Origin: Psammoneis japonica
Taxonomy: Eukaryota
NCBI GenBank assembly: GCA_008632985.1
Contig: QPGO01000005.1
Location: forward strand, 889,607 to 953,606
Length of the DNA: 64,000 nt
Reading direction: 5' to 3'
Positions 23,994 to 36,299 of the stretch are shown here, piece by piece. The notes under the pieces are model-generated. The model had not been told where the DNA came from. It made no database searches and worked only from the letters and a program-made list of their open reading frames with translations. Within the stretch, counting starts at the first letter, position 1; each line of letters begins with the position of its first letter. Position numbers and translations under genes: made by a program.

Positions 23994-25454
23994 ATGACCA
24001 TGAGGGTAAAAGCAGCCTTTTTGAACGGGAGCATGATTGGCTCCATAGAAAGGCCTTACCTTCGTTCCGGGATTCGACTACCGTCTCGTTTCGCCTCCTC
24101 CTCCTCCTCCTCTGTCACTCCTGATGGAGGCAGTGATTTAGAATCCTCGAGTTCACTTCCTGTCATTATCCCCACAGAAGGAGGCGTTCCGATTCACTTG
24201 TACACTCATGAGATTGAACCGGATTCACTCGATCAGCTCAAAGCTCTAGCCAGAAGTCCACTCCCAGTTGACTATGTTAGCGCCATGCCTGATGTGCACC
24301 TGGGAAAGGGTGTCACGATTGGGACTGTCTTTGCAAGCGGCAAGTACATTTGCCCAAACGCTGTGGGAGTTGACATTGGCTGCGGAATGGCTGCTATTCC
24401 GATTGAGGGGTTGTATCGAGATCAGCTATCAGAAGACGATAAAGTTCAAATCCAGCAGCTAATCAAGGAACGAATTCCGACGGGGTTCAATCAACACCGA
24501 AAAACATTAAAGGGATCCAAGAAGGTTCTAGATCAAATCACAGAAGAACACGACCCTTCTGATTATCTGAAGAATATGTTGACCTTACCCAAAGTGGCAG
24601 ATCAGTTGGGAACGTTGGGCGGCGGCAATCACTTTCTCGAGATTGTTGGTGAAGAAAAGGAAGGTCAAGTCTGGGTAATGCTTCACAGCGGCTCTCGCAA
24701 CATTGGTAACCGCGTTGCGACCCATTATAATCTTGTGGCAAAAGAATTGCTTCGGAGCCAGGGCACCGATACGTCCGCATTGAAAGGACTTAACTACATG
24801 CCAATCGAATCGGAAGAAGGACAAGATTACATGCGTGACATGCTGTGGTGTCAGCAGTATGCATTTCACAATCGACGCGTAATGAAGGAAATTATGTTGG
24901 AGATTGTTCATAAAGTGACAGGGAAGGATGCAGATATGGACAAGTCGGTCAATATTCATCACAACTATTGTACGTGTGAGGACTGCGGAGGGCGAAAGCT
25001 TTGGGTTACAAGAAAGGGTGCAACGTCTGCCAAACTTGGAGAAATGGGCATTATTCCCGGAAGCATGGGCACCGGGTCTTTTATAACGAGAGGAAAAGGG
25101 AACATGATGGGATGGAATTCGTCGAGCCACGGAGCGGGGCGCAAAATGTCGAGGACTAAGGCTCACCAGGTCATTGAGCAGGAAGATTTTGAGGACGCAA
25201 TGCGTGGTATTGTGTGTGATAGTAATCCTTTTGTGAAAGACGAAGCACCCCAGGCGTACAAAGACTTGTCGGAAGTCATGGAGAACCAGAAATCACTGAC
25301 CGACATTGTCTATCGCCTACTACCAATCATCAATGTGAAGGGTTTCGAAACGAAACTAAAGAAACAATATCGCAAAGCCTTGGGCGAAAACGAGAAACAA
25401 GACCTCAAAAAGAAGAAATCTAAAAAGAAGAAGAAGAAGAAGCGACACAAGTAG
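23994..25454 (+). CDS. rtcB: RNA 2',3'-cyclic-phosphate/3'-phosphate:5'-OH ligase RtcB, bacterial type, intronless
   Basis: AMPDVHLGKGVTIG, VGVDIGCGM, QLGTLGGGNHFLE, MLHSGSRNIG, HHNY, RKGA, IPGSMGTGS, SSHGAGR and DEAPQAYK. N-terminal extension and poly-Lys C-tail. Start at 23994 or 24000. Confidence 0.95.
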   Translation: MTMRVKAAFLNGSMIGSIERPYLRSGIRLPSRFASSSSSSVTPDGGSDLESSSSLPVIIPTEGGVPIHLYTHEIEPDSLDQLKALARSPLPVDYVSAMPDVHLGKGVTIGTVFASGKYICPNAVGVDIGCGMAAIPIEGLYRDQLSEDDKVQIQQLIKERIPTGFNQHRKTLKGSKKVLDQITEEHDPSDYLKNMLTLPKVADQLGTLGGGNHFLEIVGEEKEGQVWVMLHSGSRNIGNRVATHYNLVAKELLRSQGTDTSALKGLNYMPIESEEGQDYMRDMLWCQQYAFHNRRVMKEIMLEIVHKVTGKDADMDKSVNIHHNYCTCEDCGGRKLWVTRKGATSAKLGEMGIIPGSMGTGSFITRGKGNMMGWNSSSHGAGRKMSRTKAHQVIEQEDFEDAMRGIVCDSNPFVKDEAPQAYKDLSEVMENQKSLTDIVYRLLPIINVKGFETKLKKQYRKALGENEKQDLKKKKSKKKKKKKRHK

Positions 25455-25940
25455 ATGTATGTAGGGCCCTCTAGTCTCTATTGTACGGTAGCTGCCTTCT
25501 CAAAAGAGAATCTCTACTCTCGAACCTATGTTGAATGTAGAAATCTATGCGCTTGTTGCTCAGTCCAGAGTAGAGATTTCGGGGCCTACTTCTGTTGTAC
25601 ACTGTGCCGTTTTGCTACGGTACTCTACTCTATTCGATGCAATTCAGACGCCATGGTCCATGGTGTTTGGTGCTGACTCCAATTGAACTGATAACCCATT
25701 CGCAACCCGGATTTGAGAGTGTCGCCTCTGGAGAAGCCCGGTGTAGAAATTGTATGAGACACATCGTATGTAGCTTTTGGTAAGACGTTACAGGTAGCAG
25801 ATGGCGGGAATGGGTACGAACAAGATCGGTTGCATCTCTTGCATCCACGACCACTCAATGACACTCCATCGTTGACACTTTCTTGTCTAACTTTTGCTGC
25901 ATTGCAAAGAGCTTGTCATTCGTTTTGATTCAGAAACAAC

Positions 25941-27287
25941 ATGGTAGAAGCTACAAGGTCTCCTCATCGTCGTCCAAGCCATGTAGGAGCATCGGCTAAG
26001 CTCGCTTCGATTTATGATGAGATGCGTTCGCGTCAACTCAAGGCAATCAAAAAGGCCGGTGCGCTTCGCTCCGATCCGTTCTTTGTTCCCGACGGCAAAC
26101 TAGGAAATGATGCAGTTCCTGCGGATGCGTTGAGTGGTCAAGAAGTAGTCGATGATCGTCGGTGCCTGGCGATTAGCTCTGTCATTAACGATTCGGTCGA
26201 CTGTCGTTGGACAAGTGCGTTTCTTGAACTTACGAAAAGACTTGACGAGGAATTTGGCGAGTATGGACTGACCTTTTCTCAGCACCCCAAAGACGTTGGA
26301 GGTGGTCAGCTACACTGGACGTTAATGCAGCTTGTGGGTTTTCCAGATTATGAACAGCAAGTAGGCAATGGAACTTCATCGCCCTTTGTCTCGCCTGAAT
26401 ACCTTGATTGTGTTCAGGACTCCCTGACGGTTTGTGGGCTCGATACAGCGATTCAAATTACGTATATTGGAGTCGTGGTGGTTGCCACTGGCATGCTCAT
26501 GGTTGGAATTCCTTCTCTTGATATCAACGAGGCAAGAGATGCCGTACGATCTCGTCTAGCAGACCGCGGTCTACCGCTGAAGGAACCGTTTGTCAATGAC
26601 ATTGTTCATTCAACATTGTTTCGAGTGGCCGGAGACGCTGCATCCATGCCAGAGGGGCTGCATATGCGACTTATTGAGCTCGCCAAGGAATTTGAGCACG
26701 TCAACCTTGGAACAGTCATGCTTGACCGATTCCAAATCGGACCTGCAAGCTGGAGAGTACTACCCTCAGAGATGAACGCTACACCGCCTTTGCGGACATG
26801 GACGTTGCAGTACAAGACGCCTCGAGAGCACTTTGATGACAATGTGCGCCTTGAAGATGAAGGCGATGGGAGGGGGTGCTTTACAGTGTCGGGGGCATCG
26901 GGGGCAAAACTAGCCAAGGAAGTACGTCTTGTTCTCAGCAAGAAGGGTAAAACAAACGTCGAGCCTGCAAGGCTCGTCACACCTCCAGAGCCAATCACAC
27001 CACCCAAGGCCGACTCGGATGAACACGAGAATCGTGTACCATCTCCACCAGTTGCGGCGCTTCATGAAATGAAAAATGCCCCAGGTGCAGTACGTGAACA
27101 CGTGCATTCGGCCAATCTTTCCGAGTCGGTTCCCCAGGCTTCTCGCAACGAAGACAACCAGGCCGGCTATGACTTTGCTGCAACCATTTCTGGAGCTGGA
27201 GGCGTGGCGTTGGCACAGGAGTTGCAAAAGAAACTGGAAGAAGAAAAGAGAGCGCTTGACAGAATGTACTATACAGACTTTTACTAA
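25941..27287 (+). CDS. 2H phosphoesterase (LigT/cyclic-phosphodiesterase-like) family protein, intronless
   Basis: 448-aa ORF with two HxT motifs in hydrophobic context, LHWTLMQL and VHSTLFRV, about 100 residues apart. Confidence 0.7.
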   Translation: MVEATRSPHRRPSHVGASAKLASIYDEMRSRQLKAIKKAGALRSDPFFVPDGKLGNDAVPADALSGQEVVDDRRCLAISSVINDSVDCRWTSAFLELTKRLDEEFGEYGLTFSQHPKDVGGGQLHWTLMQLVGFPDYEQQVGNGTSSPFVSPEYLDCVQDSLTVCGLDTAIQITYIGVVVVATGMLMVGIPSLDINEARDAVRSRLADRGLPLKEPFVNDIVHSTLFRVAGDAASMPEGLHMRLIELAKEFEHVNLGTVMLDRFQIGPASWRVLPSEMNATPPLRTWTLQYKTPREHFDDNVRLEDEGDGRGCFTVSGASGAKLAKEVRLVLSKKGKTNVEPARLVTPPEPITPPKADSDEHENRVPSPPVAALHEMKNAPGAVREHVHSANLSESVPQASRNEDNQAGYDFAATISGAGGVALAQELQKKLEEEKRALDRMYYTDFY

Positions 27288-27487
27288 CGCAAGCGAAATT
27301 GGGGGCACGATTCTCAAACCAACGCATTTGGGACGAATCGTCGGACTCTTTGTGCAGGATTATGATAAGGAACTTTACTATCCTGTTAGCTAGCTACAGA
27401 CCACTTTCATGCGAAAAACGGCTCACGGTAGTTCTTCAGCCACAATGAGCAGCTATGTCAAACACGCAAACCGTTACTGCGAATAAA

Positions 27488-29035
27488 TCATGGAGTTGCC
27501 CTTGGTGCACAAACACCAGCACGACATTGATATGCTGTTTCGGCTATAATCTCTGCCCGCGAATACTTGCCACCGACAAGGGGTGGGCATTTCGCAATGG
27601 CGCCACTCTCTAGCAAATTGACCTCGGCATCTCTGAGAATTTTCATGTCTCCATCCAGTGGTTTTGGCAATCCGCTTGGTACACCGCCTGCCTCCAAGAA
27701 TGAAAAGGCTTTTCTATAATCCTTGCCCGTGTACTTGAGGTTATTCTAAAATAGAGATGAAGCAAGAATCCGTCAGATTGAAACACGAAATACACCCACA
27801 TTCAACAGAGGCATGCCTACCTTGAGATGAGCTGGAATGATTCTTTCAATGGGCCATTCTGCAACTTGGTCTGCAAAATCAAGCACTTCGACAGGATTCC
27901 TATTGAGAATGAGTGTTTGCAAAATGGGGGCCACCAAGAGCCCGCCAGAAATTGCTTTGAAACTCTCCTCGTCTCCATTCCCAATCCAATCCCATGGATA
28001 AATACCGGCAAAGTCCGGATTAATATCGGGCCGCCGTTCGTCCAAGGCTGTCTCTACCGTCTTGATGTCAATCGCAGCAGGATTAAAAAACAACCCAAAC
28101 AAGACGACGCGCTTCCATCCCCGTTTTCGCACTTCTGGTGTATCCTCGACAATGTCCGTGACGGTATCACGAGCATGATACAAGAGTGGAGCAGGATCCG
28201 TATTGTAAATGGGTGGAACTTCATCTGTCACTTCTACCACCGTATCTGTCACCAATAATGTTTTGGTTGATTTGTGGAAAAACACCGTCTCTCCAAACGC
28301 ACCATCACGACTAATAATGGGTCCCAATGTTTTGAAATCAAAATCTTGCTTCCATTCTTCCGGTGCCTCGTCGATCGACTTGGGCATGGGGTTTGTCCGT
28401 CCGGACGGAAAGCCCAAAAAGGATTCAGGAAGGTTTGCTGGGAACGAATACTGCCCAGGTTGCAGCCACACTTGGGCTTTTGGAAACTTTTGCGCAAAGA
28501 CTCCAGCATAGACCTTGTGTTCAATGGCAACCGTTCCAAGGACAATGTGTTTGACCGGACCGTGTTTTTCCACCAAGTCTCGAACAAATCCCAAACACTC
28601 TTGCGTCGCAGCAATGGGATTGTAAACAAACAATCCACCGGTACTCAATTTGACAATAGTTGTTCGTACAGGAACCTGTACATTGAGAATACCAAACTTT
28701 TGATCCAACGTCCATACTTGATCCGGCACAATAGTTTCAAAGACGGTCGGTTTCGACTTGTAAGTACCAACCGGTAAAATTCCCCAGAGTCCATAATCGG
28801 TAGGTTTGACTTCTCGTGTCCCCAAAAAGGAAACACCTAATCCTAAACCTGCAACAGCAAGTTCACCGACTTGACGACGAGACAGCGATCCACTATCTTC
28901 ATTGATGGTTGATTGGAGTGCGACATCGGATGCCCGTGTCGTGGTCGTGACTGCTGATGGCACAAATCCATCAGCTACTTTTCGATTCAGCAATACCAAC
29001 AGCCATGAAAATACAAGTCCGTACGATTTCATCAT
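27488..29035 (-). CDS. DUF4336 (metallo-beta-lactamase-like) protein, predicted plastid-targeted (exons 29035-27821, 27745-27488)
   Basis: VPVRTTIVKLSTGGLFVYNPIAAT, GPVKHIVL...EHK, FFHKSTKTLLVTD, APILQTLIL, IIPAH. Signal peptide followed by G-FVP. Confidence 0.85.
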
Positions 29036-29484
29036 GTTATTTTTGTGTTGTGAGATGAAGTGATGGACGCAATGGCGCTTCGCATCTCGCACCGCCCGAT
29101 TGAACACGTCAGGATTCAGGATGGATCTTTTCTCGTTGCGCCTCATTGTTGTCTCGCGACGTCATGCGCGCAAAATGTGGCGGGAAAACCAAAGGCTCGA
29201 GCTCGCGCTCCCTGCTATTTTTTGTGATTGGTAGATGGTCCAAATGGGCCGAGCACAAAAGAATCATCGGCATCACAGCATCATCACAAAACATCCCTTC
29301 CTATTTATTTTTCTATCCTATCCTGCCTTTTTTCTATCCCACCTTTTTTCTATCCTAACTGGCGATATTTTCTATCCATAATTGAAAGCATGTGTATCAC
29401 TTCCATACGTAGAATTAATACCAGTGCATACGGCATTCTTAACGGTGNAGCATCATCAACAACAGCAATGATGCTTCAGACTCG

Positions 29485-32395
29485 ATGAATACAAACCATG
29501 ACAACAACAACTACGACGCGGCTGCTGCTGCACCCATGGACGATACAATGACGTGTGCGACGGTGATTGTAGAAGGAACTCAAATTGCGTTTGCGTGTTA
29601 CAACGAAGAAGAGAATTCTATTTTACTGGAAATGTCTCCCGCGCATGGCCACGACACGGAAACTATTGTGGAGGCCTTTTTCGCCGTGGCACGTCCCAAC
29701 CTGGTACTCATCAATAACAAAATTGCAGCCAATGCGCTGCTCTTGCATTTGCTTACGAGACCACCCGCTGACGTGAAACAACAAGGGGATTCGTCCACGT
29801 CGTCCACATCAAGCACCACAACCATGATTGCGTCACGTAGCGAACAGCAAGCCCAATCTCTTGCGTACCGACTCCTCAAGACGGGAGCTTTTGATATTCG
29901 GAATTGTAAGTCTTTGATTCTCAACAAATTACGAGTCTTATCGCTGCTCAAGAAACCCACAATAGCACAAGCATCGTCGTCGCACGGAATGATGCAACAT
30001 CGGGACCCTTCGCTGCAAGGATACGCCCCATCTACTTACCACTCGATTGCAAGTCTTGTGGATTTCGATTCTCCTATTCAAATCAAGGCGCTCGGTGCAC
30101 TCCTGTCCTTTTTACAAGATACCATTTTTCGATTGGAGCAGGACGCAACCATTACCGTCAATGACTTGAGGTATGCGCACTCGTCTCGCATTATGCGCGT
30201 GGATTCCGCAACGCTTCAGGCCTTGCACATTTTTGCTACCGAGCATCATCCGCTCATGGCCAAGGGGCAGGGACACGTCAAGGAGGGATTCAGTCTCTTT
30301 AGTTTGTTGGATCGGACCAGGTCCAAAGTGGGACGGCAGTGTTTACGAGAATGGATGCTCAAGCCGCTCTTGGATTGTGACGAAATCTCCAAACGTCAAG
30401 ACGGAGTGGAAATGTTTTTGCAGACCGACTTTGGTGACAATGTTACAGAGCTGCTGTCCAATCTGGAAAGCATTGGTGCTGTCAAGAAGATCATGTCGCG
30501 AGTGCAAAAGTGTCTCACTAAACCCATGGATTTTATTACGCTCGCCAAGACGCTGGACGCGGCCTTGAGGATTTGTAACACTCTCACCGTGGACTTTGAG
30601 AGCCGACTCCAGGAGTTGCTCAATGGACCCGTCCCGCCCGAACCCGACGTCAAGGACGCTGCTGAGCGTTTTCTTGCCTTTGTCGGACGTCTCTTGGATA
30701 AATGCGCCGTTCCTGTCATTCGGGATTTGTACGACCGAATCACCTCCATTGTTGATCAAGACTTGACGCTGGAATCCAAAGAACACGTCATTATTCGAGA
30801 GGGCTTTCACGAAGAATTAGACGCGAGCAGGGAGCGATACGAAAACCTCGGTGGTGCGTAACATTGTCATTATAATGTATTATGATTTGGATTGATGTGG
30901 TTACTCACAATTGTAACCATTGCTCTCTTCCAACACACACACAACACGCAGACTTGCTCATGTCGACGGCAGACCGAATTAGCGACAAGCATACCGAAGC
31001 AACAAGCATTCGAAACTTTAATGTAATTTTCATTCCGCAAGTAGGATTTCTCGTGGAACTCGAAAGGCACCACTTGCCACCTCCCGTGCCACCACCAGAA
31101 GCTGAAGCAAACGATACTTCGTCCCCGGATGAAGACCCATACTCGGGTCTACCGCCAGACTTTGATTTTATCTTTTCCATTGACAACAAGCTTTGCTTCA
31201 AAAATGACGAGGTTCGAACTCTAGACCAAGAGATTGGGGATTTGGACGCCACCATCAAGGACTTTATTAGTATGATCGTAACAGAGCTTGAAGAAGACAT
31301 TCTTGATTGTGAAACAGAACTTCGCAGTACCTTTGGAGCGCTTGCCGAACTCGATTGTATTCTTTCCTTTTCATGCTGCGCCGCCGATAACGACTACACC
31401 AGGCCCGAGTTGCTCCCCATTGACCAAACGTGTATTCAAATCAAGAACGGCAGGCATCCGTTACAAGAACTCATTGTAGACGGTGAATTCATTCGGAACG
31501 ACACAAACATGAACGGGGAACAGAGTCGTGTCAATATCATTACCGGACCCAACTTTAGTGGCAAGAGTTGCTACACTCGTCAGGTTGGGATGCTTGTGTA
31601 CATGGCGCATATTGGATGCTACCTTCCCTGTGATGCTGCCAGGATTTCCTTGACGGATCAGATTTTTACGCGCATTAGCGCCGCTGAAACTTGCTCCGTG
31701 CCCCAGAGCAGCTTTCAGCTCGATCTGACGCAGGTAGCTTCTATTCTTCGGAGGAGCACCCCATCGTCGCTTGTGCTCATTGACGAATTTGGCAAAGGTA
31801 GGCACAGACTCTCTGGAGGAGGAATGGTTCAAAAGTGCTTCTAGCTGCTCGATACTCAACTCGTCTTGTTTTCCTGGCATACTTACACCACTGAAGGCAC
31901 AAGCCCGTCGTCGGGCATTGCGGTTTTGACGGCGGCAATTAAGAAGCTTTCTCGCATGAAATGCAAAGTCATTTGCACGACACATTTCCTGGAAGTCTTT
32001 AGCTTGGGATTGCTACGGGATGGCGCGGACGGAGTTCGTGCCCACCGAATGACGGTACACATTCCAGAGTCAAAGAGCGAGGATGAAGAAGAAGAATCTG
32101 GTGCAGCACCCTTATTCAAACTAGAGCAAGGCGTTGCCGAGTCGTCGGCAGGGCTTGTCTGTGCCGAGAGAGCCGGCGTAAACAGGAAAGTCCTAACTAG
32201 AGCAAAGGAAATCCTTACCGCTACCAAAGAGGGACGCACCGTGCAACCGCTCAAAGAAAGCATGAATTTCCCAGAGCTAAAGCCAGAGGTGAAGACGTTT
32301 TGCGCATGTTTCTGGGAGTCGACTCATGGGCAAATGCCACAGACGAACAGCTTCACGTGCTGGAACGTAAACTTGATGCTATTTCCATCCCGTAG
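29485..32395 (+). CDS. MSH5: Meiotic MutS homolog 5 (exons 29485-30853, 30952-31797, 31897-~32395; probable 1-nt frameshift near 32290)
   Basis: KEGFSLFSLLDRT, NGRHPLQEL, Walker A GPNFSGKS, SSFQLDL, spliced LIDEFGKGT and TTHFLE. No mismatch-binding domain I. Confidence 0.9.
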
Positions 32396-33036
32396 TAGGG
32401 GCGTCGTAGTCGGGGGGCAGATTGTGCAGACGACGAGGAGACAAGACATGTGCGAGTACGGGGGGTCAATCCAATGATTTCTATTTTTCTTTTTGTGGCG
32501 CTTCTTGTGTGGGAAAAGGCGGCACTGGTAGATGAAAACGCTGTAGCCTAGTGTTGTAATTTGTAGAGGCCTCTCTATCATGACAAGGTGGAGCAATGAT
32601 ATATCGAACCTTAAAGGCAGCGTCAATCGCGGAATGGTCTTGGAACTCTTGCGACGGTGTAGTTTCTCTTGTTCTCTGGCGTCCAAGTCGGTGAATACAA
32701 TCCGTAAGCTTCCTGTATGTCGGATGCGAGTAGCCGGTCTCGCTTGCGATTGCAAGGTGCTGCCCAGTCAGAATACCCTAACCCTTTCCACATTTTACAA
32801 CATGCTTTGCTCCATTGCCAGACCGGTGTGGCTTCTTGATCATCCCAATCCTTGTATTCATGTCACTGTCTTCTTCTTTGTCCTTCTTTGTCTTCTTTGT
32901 TGTTGTCCTGTGTTGTTCTTTTTCCGTTTTCTCTTCCTCATTGTCCTTGTCATTGCCAGAAAGCTCTGTTGTTGCTTGTGTTCTCATCTCTGATTCTGCC
33001 GGTTTTTTCTTCATTTTTGCTCCCTTGCCCTTTTAA

Positions 33037-34570
33037 TCACTCACCTGTTTCTTGCCTTTGCTGCACGCTGCACCATGTGTCAAACTGCACACCCTGCTCA
33101 CTTGCCCTGTCTTCCTTCACCTCCACAAGCATGATGTTGAGTTGCTTTGCTCCTTCATTCTTCCAAGAGTTGCGCTGTTGTGCTGTTGGTGGGTCTGTGC
33201 ACAAGGGCGCCAGTGTCATTTCCTTCTCCTCTTCTTTTCTCTCTTCATTTCCCTCTTGAATGTTCTTTTCCTTCATGGTCTTGTGCTCCCAAATCTTCCA
33301 GCAGTTTTCCAATTTCAACATCAGCCCCAGAGCCTCATCACTTGCCGCAGTCAGCTCTGCAGCCTTGGCAATTCCAGACTCCACCATCTTTCTCCAAACC
33401 GCAGTGCTCTTTGTGAATTTTAGAACATTGTCATAGAGCCATGTGCATGCGTCCTTGTTTGTCTGCTTTGCACTCACAATGGTCTCCACCATCTCTTTCT
33501 CCCAAGTTGCCAGGAACTGTTCTTCAATGGCCACAGCTGCCTTCTCATTTTTTGTTTTATTTTTGCTTTTTCTTGTGGCTTTCTGTTGTTGCTCATGGAC
33601 CCCTTGGCTTTGTCTTTTGTCAACATGACTGCAGTGAATGAGCACTGTGTTGGCCGCACCACAATCAACACCTTCTTGTCAATGCTTCCCGTGGCACTTG
33701 CCTCTCAATGCATTCTTCCATGTTGTCTGGGTGACGGCATTCCTCTTCACATTGATTGCATTGAGGATGCACTTTTTTGCCCAGTTTCCCACAATCCTGC
33801 CCAGTCTTGCTTGTTGAACCTGCCACTGGCTGTGTTTTCCACATCAGCCATGACACCTTGCCACCACTTGCCAGGTCTGTCTTGCCAAGGAATTTCACTT
33901 TTGGGAACAGCATTTTTCAGGCCATCTTTTTGACCTCTCTCCTCAAAGATTGGTGATCTCCAGCAGCTCCTGCTTGCAACAACATCACCACCAACCTTGT
34001 GCTGTTTGGTGGGTCGGACTCCAGTGCAGCCAGCAGGAAAACAACCAAACCTGGGTTGCACATGTTTCTCAATGAATCCACTGCTGTTGATGTTGTTTGT
34101 TTGTTTCTTTCCTTTGTGATCAACGTTCATTTCAAACAAAGCTCATGACTGTGCTTCCATCTTTTTAAGTTGCAAATTGCTTGTCAATGAGTGCATTTAA
34201 AATCAACCAAAGTGCACACACAAACATTCACACCTGTGAAAGTTTTAGATTTTGGAATGAACCACTTGGCAACCATCCTCCTGCCATTCTCCTTCCATGC
34301 CATTTTCTCCATGGGTTGCCCCAACTTGTCTCCAATCCAATTCTTCCAGATCTTCCATGGCATCTTCTCCAAATGAACCAGGACAAAATGTTTGCACCGC
34401 TCATTGTGAGAACAATCTGTCATGTGATCAAATGCATTTGTCACCTCATGAACACAACGCACAAATCTCTCCAAGTGTTTGTGACACAGTTGCTCTTTCT
34501 TCTGCATGCACTCATTTCTGCAATGGCATCTCTCCTTCTTGTCTTCACAGGTCATGCTTGCAATCATGAC
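33037..34570 (-). pseudogene. Decayed transposon-associated accessory ORF
   Basis: LFPKVKFL, INVKRNAV, ASDEALGLMLKLENCW, PLCT, SWKNEGAKQLN...VKEDR. These match my recollection of a repeated protist TE-associated family (SDEAF.LL.LENYW...YT...W..EG..RFN...V..DR). Confidence 0.45.
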
Positions 34571-36299
34571 TTGGGCTCTCTTTCTTGATCAACTCCAGCA
34601 CCCAACTGTTGACCATCCTCAGGGTCAACTCACAGACACCATTTTGTCACACATTCAACCAAATGCCTGATGGGGTGTCACAAACAGCCAGCTTCCTGGC
34701 ATTGAACATGGTGCCCTTTTTGTCCATGACAAACATGCACACACCTGCTGACTTGGAATTCAAGCATGGTGGTCCACACGCTCTGTTCCTGTCCATTCCA
34801 CAGGCAGGCAAGCCAATGTTTGGCATCCTTTTTGACTCATGAACGTCTCTCTCGCCCAAAGTAAATCACATGTTGTCCCCCCCTTGATCTGGCACAGCAC
34901 TCATCTCTCATCTCCACATCTTCAATGGGGTGGTTGAAACAATTGGCACAATGTTGCTGCTCTCTCTGCCTGTCCTCCTGGGCAGGTTGCAATGCACTCC
35001 CAATGCTGCCTGCATTTGTGTGCCTCCCTCCCCTGTTCAACAATCTCATCCACCCAGCAAATTGTGCCAGCATTGGAGAACATGGGTTGCACCCCTCCCA
35101 CGCTTTGCTCATCAACCAACATTTGTCCATCCACCAATCCTTCCATGTTCCATGCACTTTTGTTTTCACATCACCAGGTGCCACTTTGATCATGGCCAAT
35201 GCACAAAACAGGTTGAGGCAGCCTTGGCACAGGCAAGGGACATCTGTTTGTTCCCTGCTTCCACTGCGCAACCAGCGGCGCACCTTGTCTCTGCTGAATG
35301 ATGATCCACTTCCATGATTTCTTCTCTTCTTTGTCTCTTGTGCCAGTTGGCTCTGCAAATCTCTCCCCAGTGGTCATTAGCCAGCATGCAATTGACATGT
35401 CATTCTGGACACAACTGACTTGTGGCTGATGTTGGGGTTGCTTGTTGCTCAGTTTTCCCATGCCATGTGTTGTTGATGGGTTTGTTGAACACATCTCTGG
35501 GGATGGCAATGGATTTCTGTGTGTGGCATCACTGTGTTCCATGCAATGGAATTCACAGTGAGTGATGACCAGAGTGCTTGCAAACAACCATTGGAACTTT
35601 CTTTCTCCTTTCTGCAGACAACCCCAACTTTGTAATCTGGCATTTGTCTCAAATGCATCATTCCTTCAAATGACTGCATTTCATTGGCACCTGCAAAAGC
35701 ATTCATTCATTCAAAGAAAACAATGCACTGTGTTTTTGCACCAACTCTGTGTCTTGCATCCCAAGTTTCCCACCACAATTCACCCACTTTGCTTGACCAA
35801 ACCAAACTGGGCTGTGATTGTGCATCTGCGTCGTGCATGGCACAACTTGCTCTGGTTGCAAGGATGAATCACTGATGAGCATGGTGACCAAGGGACAATT
35901 GCCTGCCCATGCTGCAAACAATCCTTCACGTGCATGCTCAGCCACTTCAACCACAATCCACATTGCCTTTTTGTTGCTTGCAAACGGCCAAGTTTTTTGC
36001 CGAGATCCAGTTGTCCCATCCTTTTAACCCCCCAAAGGTGTGAAACAGGGAGCCTTGACAATGTGACGAGAGAGATGTCAGAAGAAACATTGGTCTCACA
36101 CAGAAAATTAACACTGGGAATCTTGCGCAGAAATGCCAATCCACACAGCAAATGGATGGTCATAAAGTGATGCAGATGGTTCACCCAAATGAACACTGGC
36201 AAGGGACAGAACTTTCACCACATCAGGTGAAGATTTGAGCAGCCGGCAGGAGAAAAAGAAATTGTTGTGGGCAGATGGGCATGATGGAAAGATGATTGC

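Noticed and set aside
29448..29448. Single N base upstream of MSH5
   Set aside because: Assembly ambiguity, not a biological feature.
32776..32785. Telomere-like CCCTAACCCT at the edge of domain 4
   Set aside because: Fewer than two repeat units; compatible with chance.
35934..36170. LTLGILRR...W resembling a Plavaka transposase motif
   Set aside because: Other Plavaka motifs were not found, and the downstream motifs on the same strand fit a Sola2-like enzyme better.
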